DNA from: Phoronis australis
Taxonomy: Eukaryota > Animalia > Phoronida
Length of the DNA: 64,000 bases
Assembly (NCBI GenBank): GCA_002633005.1
Contig: NMRA01000404.1
Coordinates: 1-64,000 of the forward strand
Direction of reading: 5' to 3'
Shown here: positions 11,350-22,503 of the stretch, one piece after another
Layout: every line of letters begins with the position of its first letter
How positions within the stretch are numbered: position 1 is the stretch's first letter
The notes under the pieces: model-generated
What the model saw: only the letters and a program-made list of their open reading frames with translations
Databases searched by the model: none
What the model was told of the DNA's origin: nothing
Position numbers and translations under genes: made by a program

Positions 11350-12212
11350 ACCCTCTGACACAGCGCTACCTATACTGCAAAGTGGCCCTGTGGAAACAAG
11401 ATGAATGACACACGGAATTCCGTGTGTGGGCATCAATGTATACAAAATGGTTCACTGTGTGCGTGAAGGTACCGGGTATGTTGCTTTGTGTTCTGTTACA
11501 TACTGGAATAATAATAATTTTGATGGAGTGCATTTGGACTCATCCTAAATCTAATTACTGATTTTAGATGTTTTATGTTCGCGTTAGTTGTATAATGTTC
11601 GAAATTGTGAACTTTCTAAGTCGTCATAGTTGGGTCTGCAACCGACGCCAAGCCGACTAGTAAGCCTGACTTATAAGTCCAAGCTCGAGCGTGTTGGGTA
11701 TCCCTATGTTTGAAAAAATACAATGGTAAGCACCTGTGGTGCCAAGCGGCTTAGCCTTGCCTTTTTATTGTCTTCTGTCTTTACAGCCTTCACTACAACT
11801 TTCCGAGTGTTTTTAGGTTTATGATGTGATGAATTGTGTCTAATATCAGGTCAGATGGTGCTTTGTGAGCCAGAGGCTGAAGACTATGCTTGTGTTTGGC
11901 ATATCCTGTAATGACTGTGGCCTTTAGAACTTTAATTTATAGATGCTTCTTCTGACTTTCTACTTTGAGAAATGCTAAATGTTCTGTTGCTATTTATCCG
12001 TCACTCAGGTGTGTGACTGCGCAAGCATTCTGGGGACTAATTATTGGTTAATGTGCATGCACAAAAACTTTGAAAATCTATAATAAATGAAAAAAATATT
12101 CAATGCATGGTAAAAATTCTCCAGTTTGGGACAATGAATTTTAAATTATTTTTGCTCAGTGTCAGAGGTTGTACCGTACAAAATTTTGAAAGTAGGCAAT
12201 AAAGGGACATAC

Positions 12213-12343
12213 CATGATGTTTTTGGTGAGTTTTACAGATTTGCACACGAGTCACTCCCATTTATATTACTTTCATCTTTACTTTGAACACCAGTCTTAA
12301 AATTATTTCTGAACATTCTGCTTGTTTTATACATTCCTGATTC
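12213..12343 (-). pseudogene. Candidate decayed downstream exon of the helicase gene
   Basis: Good splice signals (CTAATCATTTCTTTCAG|G and CATG|GTATGT). Faint likeness to the RecQ zinc-binding region (ECSEIILRL). It is not in frame with the upstream exon. Confidence 0.25.
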
Positions 12344-12610
12344 CTGAAAGAAATGATTAGTTTATTCGATGCGAAATTGTGAAGTAGTCGTCGTGGTTCC
12401 ACTTAATCTATTAAGCCGCAACATATGATAAAAAGACGGTAAAAGAACTATGCAAGTGCAAGTGAACACATCAATACTTGTATTTAGGGTTATTAGGAAA
12501 GAGTAAATACAGAAGAGCTTCTTAGATTCTTAGATGGCATGGCAAGATTATTCACTATAGAAAGGAAAAAACAAAATGTAGTTGCTGGGCAATATGTCAA
12601 GTCAGCTTAC

Positions 12611-13027
12611 ATTTGTATGCTGGCCTAGTCTTCACAATATATTTTATGTTGGGCCTGTCAATTGAAGACATAATAACTGCTGTGTCTTTCAATTGGAGAT
12701 GATAAGAAATGTCTTTCACCGTTCTTGCAGTCGCTGTGGCAGTTAAGGCACAAAAAACTGCCTGTGTGAACATGGCCTGCAGCTTCCTCAGTTCCTGAAA
12801 TTTGGGGCGGAAATTGTTGCCCCAACTCACAATGCAATGAGCTTCATCAACAACTACAAATCTTACGCGTTTACACCATTCGGCTGCCAGGATACGTTTA
12901 GGAAAAGACACATATTGTTCCGGATGACCAAGTACATATCGGTATACGTCACTTGAACGACAAGCACAGCTGTCATCCTCACTATCTTTGCTGTTTGTCG
13001 ACTCCACTTCAGGTTCTGTATGCTCTT
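12611..13027 (-). CDS. Exon of a RecQ-family SF2 (DEAH) helicase, transposon-borne and probably a relic
   Basis: Branch point CTAAT, acceptor TTTTTGTTCCAG|A and donor T|GTAAGC bound a 417-nt phase 1-1 open exon. Motifs: YVLGHPE, VVVDEAHCIVSWGNNFRPKF, ALTATAT, DRPNIKY. Confidence 0.85.
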
Positions 13028-14514
13028 CTGGAACAAAAAGTTGCAAGAATAGAGATTAGCATACACTGACACTATTTTCTATAAATCTGCCATTTTGATC
13101 ACACCCTTCTTTTTGGCAGTTTTCATGGATGCATTGTCTAAGTTGGACTATACAAGATCATCATCTGAACCTCTGTGCTCCAGTTTATTCAGATGCTTGT
13201 ACCCTTACAAAAATGAACTTAAGTTTTCATCGAAAAACTTAAGTTTTCGGTCTGAAAACTTAAGTTTTCATTTGCGAAAACTTAAGTTTTTGGCAAAAAC
13301 TTAAGTATTTTGGAACAAGTTTTTTGGAACGAACTTAAGTTTTCATAACTTAAGTTTTCAAAAACTTAAGTTTTTCAAAAATTAAGTTCTGAAAACTTAA
13401 GTTTTCAAAAACTTAAGTTCTGAAAACTTAAGTTTTTTAAAAACTTAAGTTTTCAGAAAACTTAAGTTTTAAAAACTTAAGTTTGTTCCAAAAAACTTGT
13501 TCCAAAATAGTTAAGTTTTTGGAAAACTTAAGTTTCAGAAACTTAAGTTTTTGAAAAACTTAAGTTTTGGAACAAGTTTTTAGTAACAAACATAAGTCAT
13601 TAAAACTTAAGTTTTTGAAAACTAAGTTTTCCGAACATAAGTTTTCAAGGACCTAACTTTAAATTTTAAAACTAAAGTTTTCTAAAAGCAATAAGTTTCA
13701 ATAGGGCAGGCATTCAAAAATTTCGACTTTCACTAAAACAAGAGTGGAGTACAGTAACAATTTTAATGATTCTCATAAAGATTTAACAAACTATAGTTCT
13801 ATTAACATTTCATTAACAGTGATTGATTGCAGAAAATAAAATGACTTCCTAAAATACACTAGTTCCTTAAAATAAGTGAACATAAGTGAAATATCAAAAT
13901 CTTAAAAACCAGAAACATTTCAAAAATCAGTTCATCAAGTGTCATGCATACAATGCAGTGAAAACTAAATGAGGCTAATAATATTTTCATATTTGTATCG
14001 TTCTCGGTCTATGACAATTATGCAATAACTGAGGGAGCAAAATGGAATGTACAAACAGAGAAATCACTACCAAATCATGAAACACAACCAAAGAAAATGT
14101 GATTACATAGCCAGGAAGGACTACAACAAAAGTCTACGTTTCAACAGCAGACTTTTTCAACTAAAATTACAGCAATGACACCAAGAATAACAAATCACTT
14201 AATATGCAAAATCCAAGAATATCCGCAGAGACAAAAGCATAACATAAAACGTAACAGGTAACTAAAAGTTTATCGACAATGGACACAGGTCTGATTTTGG
14301 GAAAAACAATCCTTATGCTAGAAATAGTGCCTAGAATCACCAATAATTGTTTTCAACCTTAAAAATATCAATTTAAAAGTCAAAGTTTCGTTTAGTTGAC
14401 AATCATAATAACAGTAAATCCAATACACTCCATGGTGCGAACAAGTTTCACTAAAAGTAACCCTAAGTACAACCTGGTTATACGAAAGCTACTGAACTTC
14501 ATACACATATCTAT

Positions 14515-15013
14515 AGGGCCTTTCATACTAACATCGATGCGTCGAAGTTTTTGGGAGTTAATGTCAGTATGAATGCTTAAACTTTTGTCCTGGAAGGAAG
14601 TTAACAGCGCCAGTTAACTTCGTACTAAACAGGTGGATTTAATTGCTTAGTGTCAACGCTGCCACGCAGTATAAACGATCAACTTTGGTCCTATCGAAGT
14701 TATTGCCAGGGGCCACTGTTATCATTAACAATTGCATAGTAGTGTGATGGCTAATAGTTGCTTATTCCTTGCTCTAATAATCACCAATCAATTTAAAAAT
14801 AAGTTTTATGTCAATTAACACATGTAAATGTTCCCAAATTGTAACATCTTAGCGTGCAGTGCTACCTTGCGATACCTTCGATCACGACAGCGTCACCTAC
14901 TGTTTACTTCGAAGTTCATTAACTACCGAAGCCAGAATGAACGGCCCAGTTAACTTCGCAGTATACGCCGATGCTCCGCTCAGACAAGAGTTAAGTCAAT
15001 GTGAAAGGGCCCT
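14515..15013. mobile_element. ~500-bp Harbinger-like MITE inside the EnSpm-like element (also at 27168-27662)
   Basis: Ends AGGGCCTTTCATACT...AATGTGAAAGGGCCCT, with internal AGTTAACTT repeats. It is present in both EnSpm-like copies. Confidence 0.6.
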
Positions 15014-16336
15014 ATGGTAGACCACAAGCCACTTAATCTTCTTTAGCTGGATCTGCTTGCTTAGCTTCACAGGCAAATAATCCATGTTTTGTGACTACAA
15101 ACGCACGTTTATGAGCTCAGATAACTGAATTCATAGATTCATGAGCAGCAGTTCGTAAGTGTGTATGTTGTGTTGTCTGGGTAGCCTTCCTTATCCAGCG
15201 ATTGTTGAAGGCACACTCTGCAATAAAGACAATAAATTTTAATAACAGACGGGTAAAAGCTATCAGTATAAGACAACTTAACTTGCTGGATATTTATCAT
15301 GCTGTTTATACAACACTGATTTGTAAAACTTCCTGACTTATATACAGAGCCTAGAATAATCTTCAAACTCAAAATTTAACCAATCACTCTCCACGATTTA
15401 AGTGCAAGACTGGCCTGCAAGTTTACTTCAAGCATGCACTTTACAGTGGGTCAGTTTTCCACACTCTGTTTTGAATGAAGTTTTAATCCTGGATTTGCGA
15501 CATTCAAAACAATTTTATTCTATATAACTTGAATACAAAACATGCACACGGTCACCTATCATGCTATCACAATCGAGAACAAACCGTGCATATGACAAAA
15601 CTTAATGTGTTAATAAAAGTTGGACTTCAGGCTAACCAGGTATCGTGTTCTGTAACTTTTTAGTTCAAGTTCTATGACAAATTAATTAATATTTTTATCG
15701 AATGATGAATCTGTTGGCAACTGCAATAAACTACAATTCCCATTATGAACTTTTCATTGTTTAATTCGTTAATCTGATAAGAAAATGCACAACTCTACAT
15801 AATGATCAGAGCTAGTTGTATTCTAACTAGCTGTCTCCAGCCAGCGTAGAACTTCTTACTAATGTTTCATGGACATTTAGCCGGCACAACCAGGGTTAGA
15901 ACTGGAAGTTTAATCGCACATGTATACTTCCGCATGTACATGTACTTTTTGAAACTTATAGCAAAACCAAGAAGCTTTACATTGACTTGACCAAATGGCT
16001 ACAAGAATCAGTGAGCTTGTTAAAGATTATAAGCCCATTGGCTAAACCAAGGACATATTTCATATTGTTTCAAATTCAAACTCTGATAGCAGCACTATTT
16101 TTATCTCAACAACGAAACAATATGAATCTCTACCTGCCATGTGGATGTAAACAGCCCAATAACACGCCTGGGTGATTGTTTCGATGCAAATGTTTGGATG
16201 TCTAGTTCTTCCAAGTACTCCGCCAAGTTAATAGAGACCTGAAAACAATGAGATATTAGCCAACATAACAGTATGTGATAGCTTCTTAACAATCCAGACA
16301 TAACACATTTACAGGGAATGTTATCCATGTAAAGAT

Positions 16337-16500
16337 CAGGGGCGGTCGGGCGGATCCAGGATTTTGAGTTGGGGGGTTAGGGCAGAGTAGGGTTTTGCCC
16401 ATCAGACATTTACCCCCTGCCCCCCAACTGCCAATTGATCTTGTAGCGTTTTAGGGGGCCGGGGCCATGGCCCCTTAGCTGTCCTCTGAATCCACCATTG
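16337..16500 (+). mobile_element. Short MITE inside the EnSpm-like element (also at 28916-29087)
   Basis: CAGGGGCGG...GGCGGATCCAGGATTTT...GAATCCACCATTG; same family as 1-151. Confidence 0.6.
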
Positions 16501-19500
16501 AAGATACTGGCATGGTCTTCACGAGAGGTCGTACTTAACCATAATAGTTTACAGTAAAAATAAAATTATTATCTCGCGTACAACAGTAAACGTAAAAATA
16601 CTGTATCCTGTACTCCTACCAATCACTTTACTGGCTAACATTTGCAAAGATATTAAATTGAGGTTCCAAGCAAATTTCTAGAGGGAAAAGAATATGCCCC
16701 AACAGACATGGGGAGATCATTCAAGTCAGTCCATATTCAACTCGACTCAACTCCTAGGTAAAGTTGTACCCAGATTAACTATCACTTTCCCCATGACACT
16801 GAAATATTTGATTTCAATAAAACCAGTCGAACTCGCATTGAATGTGAAAATTGTAAGTCTGAATATCGCAAACTTTTGCGACATTCTAGTATTCCACAAC
16901 CCAAGTTTCACTGTGCATAACAATTGTTAACATGTTGACTGGTGAGAGTTCAATTGGGTACATTGTGACCTATGCCGGGGGTATTCCAGATAGGGTACTA
17001 GTAGTGGTATCGGAATGTCCTTTCGCATTCAATAACCTAGATCCTTCCGACAAACCTGAACAAATCAAAATAGGCAATACAATAGTTACATTGGTGATTC
17101 TTAATTTTGAGAACCTGCGCGCACCCAAGGGAGGCTCGAACGAGCACCCCCCCACTTGCCGAAGTGGGCATGAAAAGGTCAGCCTCATAGAAACAAAAAA
17201 AAATTGAGAACGAGACTCGAGTCCACTAAAAAGCTGTAATTCAGGAATGCATTGTTCACAGCACTGAACATACCCCGTTTTTTTCGTAAAAGGTCAACAT
17301 GCCCAAAAATTTGAGCACCCCCCATATTTTAGGATGGGTGCGTGGATGAGGCAATTGAACTTTGCAAATTATTAACCTGCAGTGATATGAGATTTTAAAA
17401 TCAGGAGCTTCCAAGAATTACTACGAACATAGACATAAGCACACACAACCAATGCCAAATATACCCAACTTGGGAAATGATTACACTTTGCCTTGGTAGT
17501 CCCCCCCCCCTTGCATTGATCACACTGACACAACCTCAGAAGACAGAAATATAATAGAGTAATAGCCACATGTGAACGTTATGGCTTCCTCTGATGGACC
17601 TCCAGAAGTACATTATGCGTTAGAAGTTTAGATAATTCACACACAGAATGAGTCCATGTCGGTATGTGACAGCGTGACTTGTGAGTGGCTGACAATAACA
17701 ACTGATCTCAACACGTTCGTTGGAAATCACTCCATGATTGTGGCCAATCGATTTTAGAACGCTCTCTGACACTAACCTGACTTCCAAAACTTCTGAAATG
17801 TCTTCTTGCTGGCTCTGCTCGTAGTAATGTAAACTTCATTGTCGCGCGCTAGCCAACACACGACCTTTTCTTCGAAGTTGACTGTCGGTTATAAAATTCA
17901 AACTGTTGACTTCCGGTGGAAACTGCCTTACGAATACAACTCAACACAAAGGAAACTTGCACAATAACTACGTTTTTTTAAGAATTGCATGAGTTCTATT
18001 GATTAAACTGTACTGACCAGGTCAGTGTCTCAGGGGATTAACATTGGTTGCATTCTTACTGTTGTTGGTCACCGGATGTTCGCCTACATTTAAATTCACA
18101 AAGACATAAAGATTACGTAATTGCACTAAATCTGTACTGACCAAGTTAACCGTTCGTCGTTTTATGGTTTGTATCTATATAAATGCTAAGGAAACATTCG
18201 GGCAATATTTTTATGAGATGATGGGTTTTGCATGAGCAAACAATAATTTTTTGTTGGAAAATAATGGGAAAATTTTCGAACCAAAAATTAAATATCTCGC
18301 AATATTCAAATTTTAAAAACTTGAAAACGTAAATTTTCATCACATAGAAACGTTAGAGTTTTTACAAAAATTCAAGTTTTCCACACGTGAAAAAATCCTA
18401 TTTTCTGAAAAACTTAAGAAGTCAGGAAAACTTAAGTTTTTAAAATTACAAAACTTAAGTTTTGTGATAAACTTAAGTTATCAGAAAAACTTAAGTTTTG
18501 TTAGTAGAAAAAACTTATGTTTTCTGAAAAACTTAACATTGTGCTGAAAAACTTAAGTTTTTGCCAAAAAACTTAAGTTTTAAAAACTTAAGTTTCTTTT
18601 AAAAACTTAAGTTTTTCCTCCAAAACTTAAGTTATTTTCCAAAAACTTACGTTTTTTCGCCAAAAACTTAAGTTTTCAGCGAAAAACTTAAGTTCATTTT
18701 TGTAAGGGTAAGCTTAAGTTAATTTATGACAGGTGCAACTAAAAGTGGCAGCTAATAGTTTTTACTTTGAATTAATTTCTTCAAAGAATATCTAATATGA
18801 AATTAACAAAAAACAGAAAACAAACAAATTTCGTTTGTTCTTGTCGTGGATTAGGGGTTGCATTACCTGTGCATGGAATGAGTCAGTTTTAGGGACATGA
18901 GACCAACTTGTCACCACAAAACTGCCAGTTTGTCAATTGTCAGGTGATATCTCCATTGGGTATTGGCTTAATTGGTGGTATTGACTTGCTTTCAAGTTCA
19001 ATGGTAGAATGTCTTGGCAGAGCCAACACCTAAATTCTAGTATTTGGCAGAAACTGGTGTAAGTGTTGCAATTTCGCTCCCTTGATCCCTTTCATTAAGT
19101 TGTAAAAAGGCGCTTGCCTCCAGGTTGCCACAGCTCATCACACATGTACCCAAAGTTAAGACAGTTAACCATCACATCAATTTCGAGGGATGGTGACACT
19201 CAGTCTAGCCCTCGGGCCCGTTACGATAACCTTATCAGAGTGGAGGTCATACCACCAAGGTAGATTGATTGTTGTGAGTACTTGAAGGGGACCTCAGGGG
19301 TCTCACACTTCACTGGCTTATCTACACTATTTTGAAAAGGCTTTACCCATGCAGTCACACATTGTGTATGGTGAAAGAGATAATGATAGCTGTAGTTGAC
19401 TGGGCAAGTGGAATTACTTTCGGTTATCACATTGTTGTAGACTCACAGTAGAACCCTGGTTTTCTGTTGGGATCAGACCGTCCGGAGTTGCACCATAATC

Positions 19501-19573
19501 CAACCAACTCCGGACTCCATATTAAACAACACTCTACAGTGCTAACTTTCGCTTAGCACTGTGATAGAGTGAT

Positions 19574-20332
19574 ATGCGCACCTCGATAACTGGCCGAAAA
19601 CGTTTTTTCCTGTAGAGGGCGCATTGACGAACCAATCATTTTCAAACTGGTCATGTGTTTTTTGCTATTGATTGGCTTTTATCTAATTTTGTTTAACCGG
19701 AAGTCACTTTCAAGATGGCGGCTCTGGCGCATTTTCACCCATTTTCAATCGTTCTGCTGTCGCATTTTTAACGGAAAGAGCAAATGACGTGAATTTTTGC
19801 ATGTGGATTCCTTGAAGTATGCTCTTTCAAAAGTTCTGAGATAACGTTTTTCTCAGACTTACCGTTTTCGAGTTATTTGACTTTGAGTTTCAATAAAACG
19901 CAAAATTTTAATTTTTTCGAAAAAATTATGGAATGTTGCGAAACTATCAATGTAGATAGAGTTTGGAATGGGCTTTCAGAAGTTTTTCATTTTTCGCTAG
20001 GACGTATACTTTTCGAATTATTTGAGATTTTCTGATATCGCTGTTTTTTTGTTGAGCGCTCTTACTGCATTGATGTTGGTTTAGTTTATTTGAACAAGAC
20101 TGTAGCTTATTTCTTACTAATTTATGACTTCTTCTAAGTTTGTCGTATGAATGTTATGATGTTGTTCATCATCGCCACCACCATCATCATATTCGTCATC
20201 ATCGTCATCATCTTCGTCATCATCTCCGTCGTTGTCTTTTCCATTAATTTCGCCAAGTGTCGCTTAAGACTGCCACCTTCATCATCACAATCATCATCGT
20301 TGTTAATTTTGCCTATTGTCGCTCAAGACTGT
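19574..20332 (+). repeat. Repeat family A copy 2, right part
   Basis: Resumes at ATGCGCACCTCGAT. 19645-20100 repeats 10732-11190, which indicates an internal tandem unit of roughly 0.7 kb. Confidence 0.75.
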
Positions 20333-20807
20333 AGGTAGCACTGAACAGTCAGGCCGCGGCCATGGAGCATTTTCTGAGTCCCTAGAATTTATGTTGAGGG
20401 TGTGTGTCAGGTTTGGCGGGTAGTTTGAGGAAATTGTTGACAACAATTGCCAGGAAACTTATTTACTTGTGTTTTTGAATGAGAAAAGCCAAGTGTTTAC
20501 CTACTTTTGATGCAAACTGGTGGCTGTCATTTGCTATCAAACCCTGTCGTATGCTGTCCAAGAAACCAGGTGCGATTTCAGCTGGCTGTCAGACAGATCA
20601 AATCTGCTAAAAAAAGTAGCTGGTAAGAGGCTTACTATGACCACATAGCTAGAATCTAGTGAGGACGAGCATTCTGAATCTTTAGTCAGACTTTTTCTAG
20701 CACTTGCATGGAAGTGGTTATTTCGGGGAGAAAATTGTCAAATTTGGCGTTTTTTGCAAATAGTTTTGTGTTCCGGGATTTTCTAGCCATGTATATTACC
20801 TGCCATA

Positions 20808-21842
20808 ATCGGATCCAAGATGGCGGATGTGGCGGCCATTTTGTTTTCATTTAAAGGTTCAAATGCTACTGGAGGCTACAATTTATTACGTACAAGGCTA
20901 AGAATCGGCACAGTAAGTGGACTGGAAGTGTGCTACTAGTATACCGGAAATTGTTCACTTCCGGTTAAAGATGGCAGAAATCGCGCATGCGCACCTCGAT
21001 TTCGGGAAAAAACGTTTCTCCTGTAGGGGGCGCATTATAGGGCCAATACCTTAGAATTTTTGCAGATGTTAGTCTCTTATGACACGCTATTATATAAATC
21101 CAAAAAAACAGAAGTTGCTCTCAAGATGGCGGATCCGGCACATGTTGACCCATTTTCAGTCGTGCTGAGGTGCCATTTAAGTGGGAGGAGGAAATGATGT
21201 GAATTTTTGCATATGGATTTGCTGAGGTATACGCTTTCAAATGTACTGTAACAATTTTTCTCTCAGACTTCCCGTTTTCGAGTTATTTGATTTTGAATTT
21301 CTTAAAAAAACGCATAATTTCATTTTTTTCGAAAAATATATGGAATTGTGTGATACTATCAATTTAGATAGACTTTTGAATGAGCTTTCAGAAGATGTTT
21401 TTTTTCCATTTTTCGCTAGGACGTTTACTGTTTGAGTTATCTGAGATTTTCTGATAACGCTGTTCCTTTGTTGAGCGCTCTTGCTGCATTGTTGTTGGTT
21501 TATCTTCTATTGAACTAGACTGTAGCCTATTTCTTATTGATTTATGACATCTAAGATCGTCGTATGAATGCTATGATGTTGTTCATCATCGCCACCACCG
21601 TCATCATATTCGTCATCTTCGTCATCATCTCCGACGTCATCTTTTCTTCAGTTAATTTCGTCAAGTGTCGCTCAAGACTGTAGCCTATTTCTTAGTGATT
21701 TCTAACCTCTACATTCGTCATATGAATGATATCATAATTTGCATTGTCCATAGCTGTCGTCGTCTTTTCTGGTCATCTCTAACGTGGTTTTTTGGTTAAT
21801 TTCTCCAAGTTTTGGTCCTCGGAGCGCTTTCATTTACTTGTT
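20808..21842 (+). repeat. Repeat family A copy 3
   Basis: Closely matches 8343-9390 and ends GGTCCTCGGAGCGCTTTCATTTACTTGTT. Confidence 0.8.
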
Positions 21843-22503
21843 CATACCAACACTTCTGAATGACTAAAGAAAATTCATGTTTTAATACAATACAATACAC
21901 CATGCATGACAAATGTCGCCATTTTACATTTACCAATATAATGAAAACATCCAGGTATACGAGCGTAAAAACAGTAAAAAGCTACATCGCCGTGAAAATT
22001 TTTACAACAGTCTCTTAGCTTTCTCAGTTTCTTTTGACTGAACATTATCCTTCATGCTCATTTATGAGTCTTGGTGGGGTTTGATTGATTATGGCATTTC
22101 TGAAGTTCTTGTTTGTGTATTCTCCGTAGCCCAGGACATAACATCCAAAAGAACCTACCTCAGATATTCAGTCGTGATTGTGTATGGTAAGTAGAATAAT
22201 TTTCTGATTATTTCAAATTTTGACCCACATAATTGATTAGAAAAAGTTGAAAAAGTAATTTTGTAAACTTGCCTCAAATCCCACTCGTAAATAAAAAATT
22301 TGCAATTTTTCTTGTGTTGGAGAGTTTATTTGTCTCCATTTCCGCAGGGCGACCGAGAATACAATTTTTCTTAGGTGACGGTGATATTATTTGGTTGAGG
22401 AATCCAATCACCAGAACATCTGGTACAAATATGTGGTTTCTAAATCAAATTCTATGTACCATCAACCATTAAAAAACACAGTTCAAAACACTAGTACTGC
22501 TTT

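Larger units (their letters stand above)
13202..18708. mobile_element. 5.5-kb non-autonomous EnSpm/CACTA-like element
   Basis: TIR CCCTTACAAAAATGAACTTAAGTTTT at both ends, flanked by TA on each side. Several hundred bp of palindromic AAAACTTAAGTTTT subterminal repeats lie at each end. No transposase ORF. Confidence 0.8.
11349..19574 (-). mobile_element. AcademH-like (RecQ-helicase-carrying) DNA transposon derivative, about 2.7 kb without its nested insert
   Basis: The direct repeat ATGCGCACCT at 11340-11349 and 19574-19583 gives an 8-10 bp TSD depending on where the termini are drawn. Uninterrupted family A copies have one copy of it. Imperfect TIR: TACCCTCTGACACAGCGCTA vs TATCACTCTATCACAGTGCTA. 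A RecQ-type exon lies inside. Confidence 0.7.

Noticed and set aside
12597-13046. Host RECQL/BLM/WRN gene
   Set aside because: There is no Walker A or helicase C-terminal exon nearby, and the exon lies inside a TSD-bounded insertion, so no gene symbol is given.
20333-20801. Kolobok-like MITE (AGGTAGCAC...TATTACCT)
   Set aside because: The inverted ends are short and imperfect, there is no TTAA duplication, and there is no second copy in the window.
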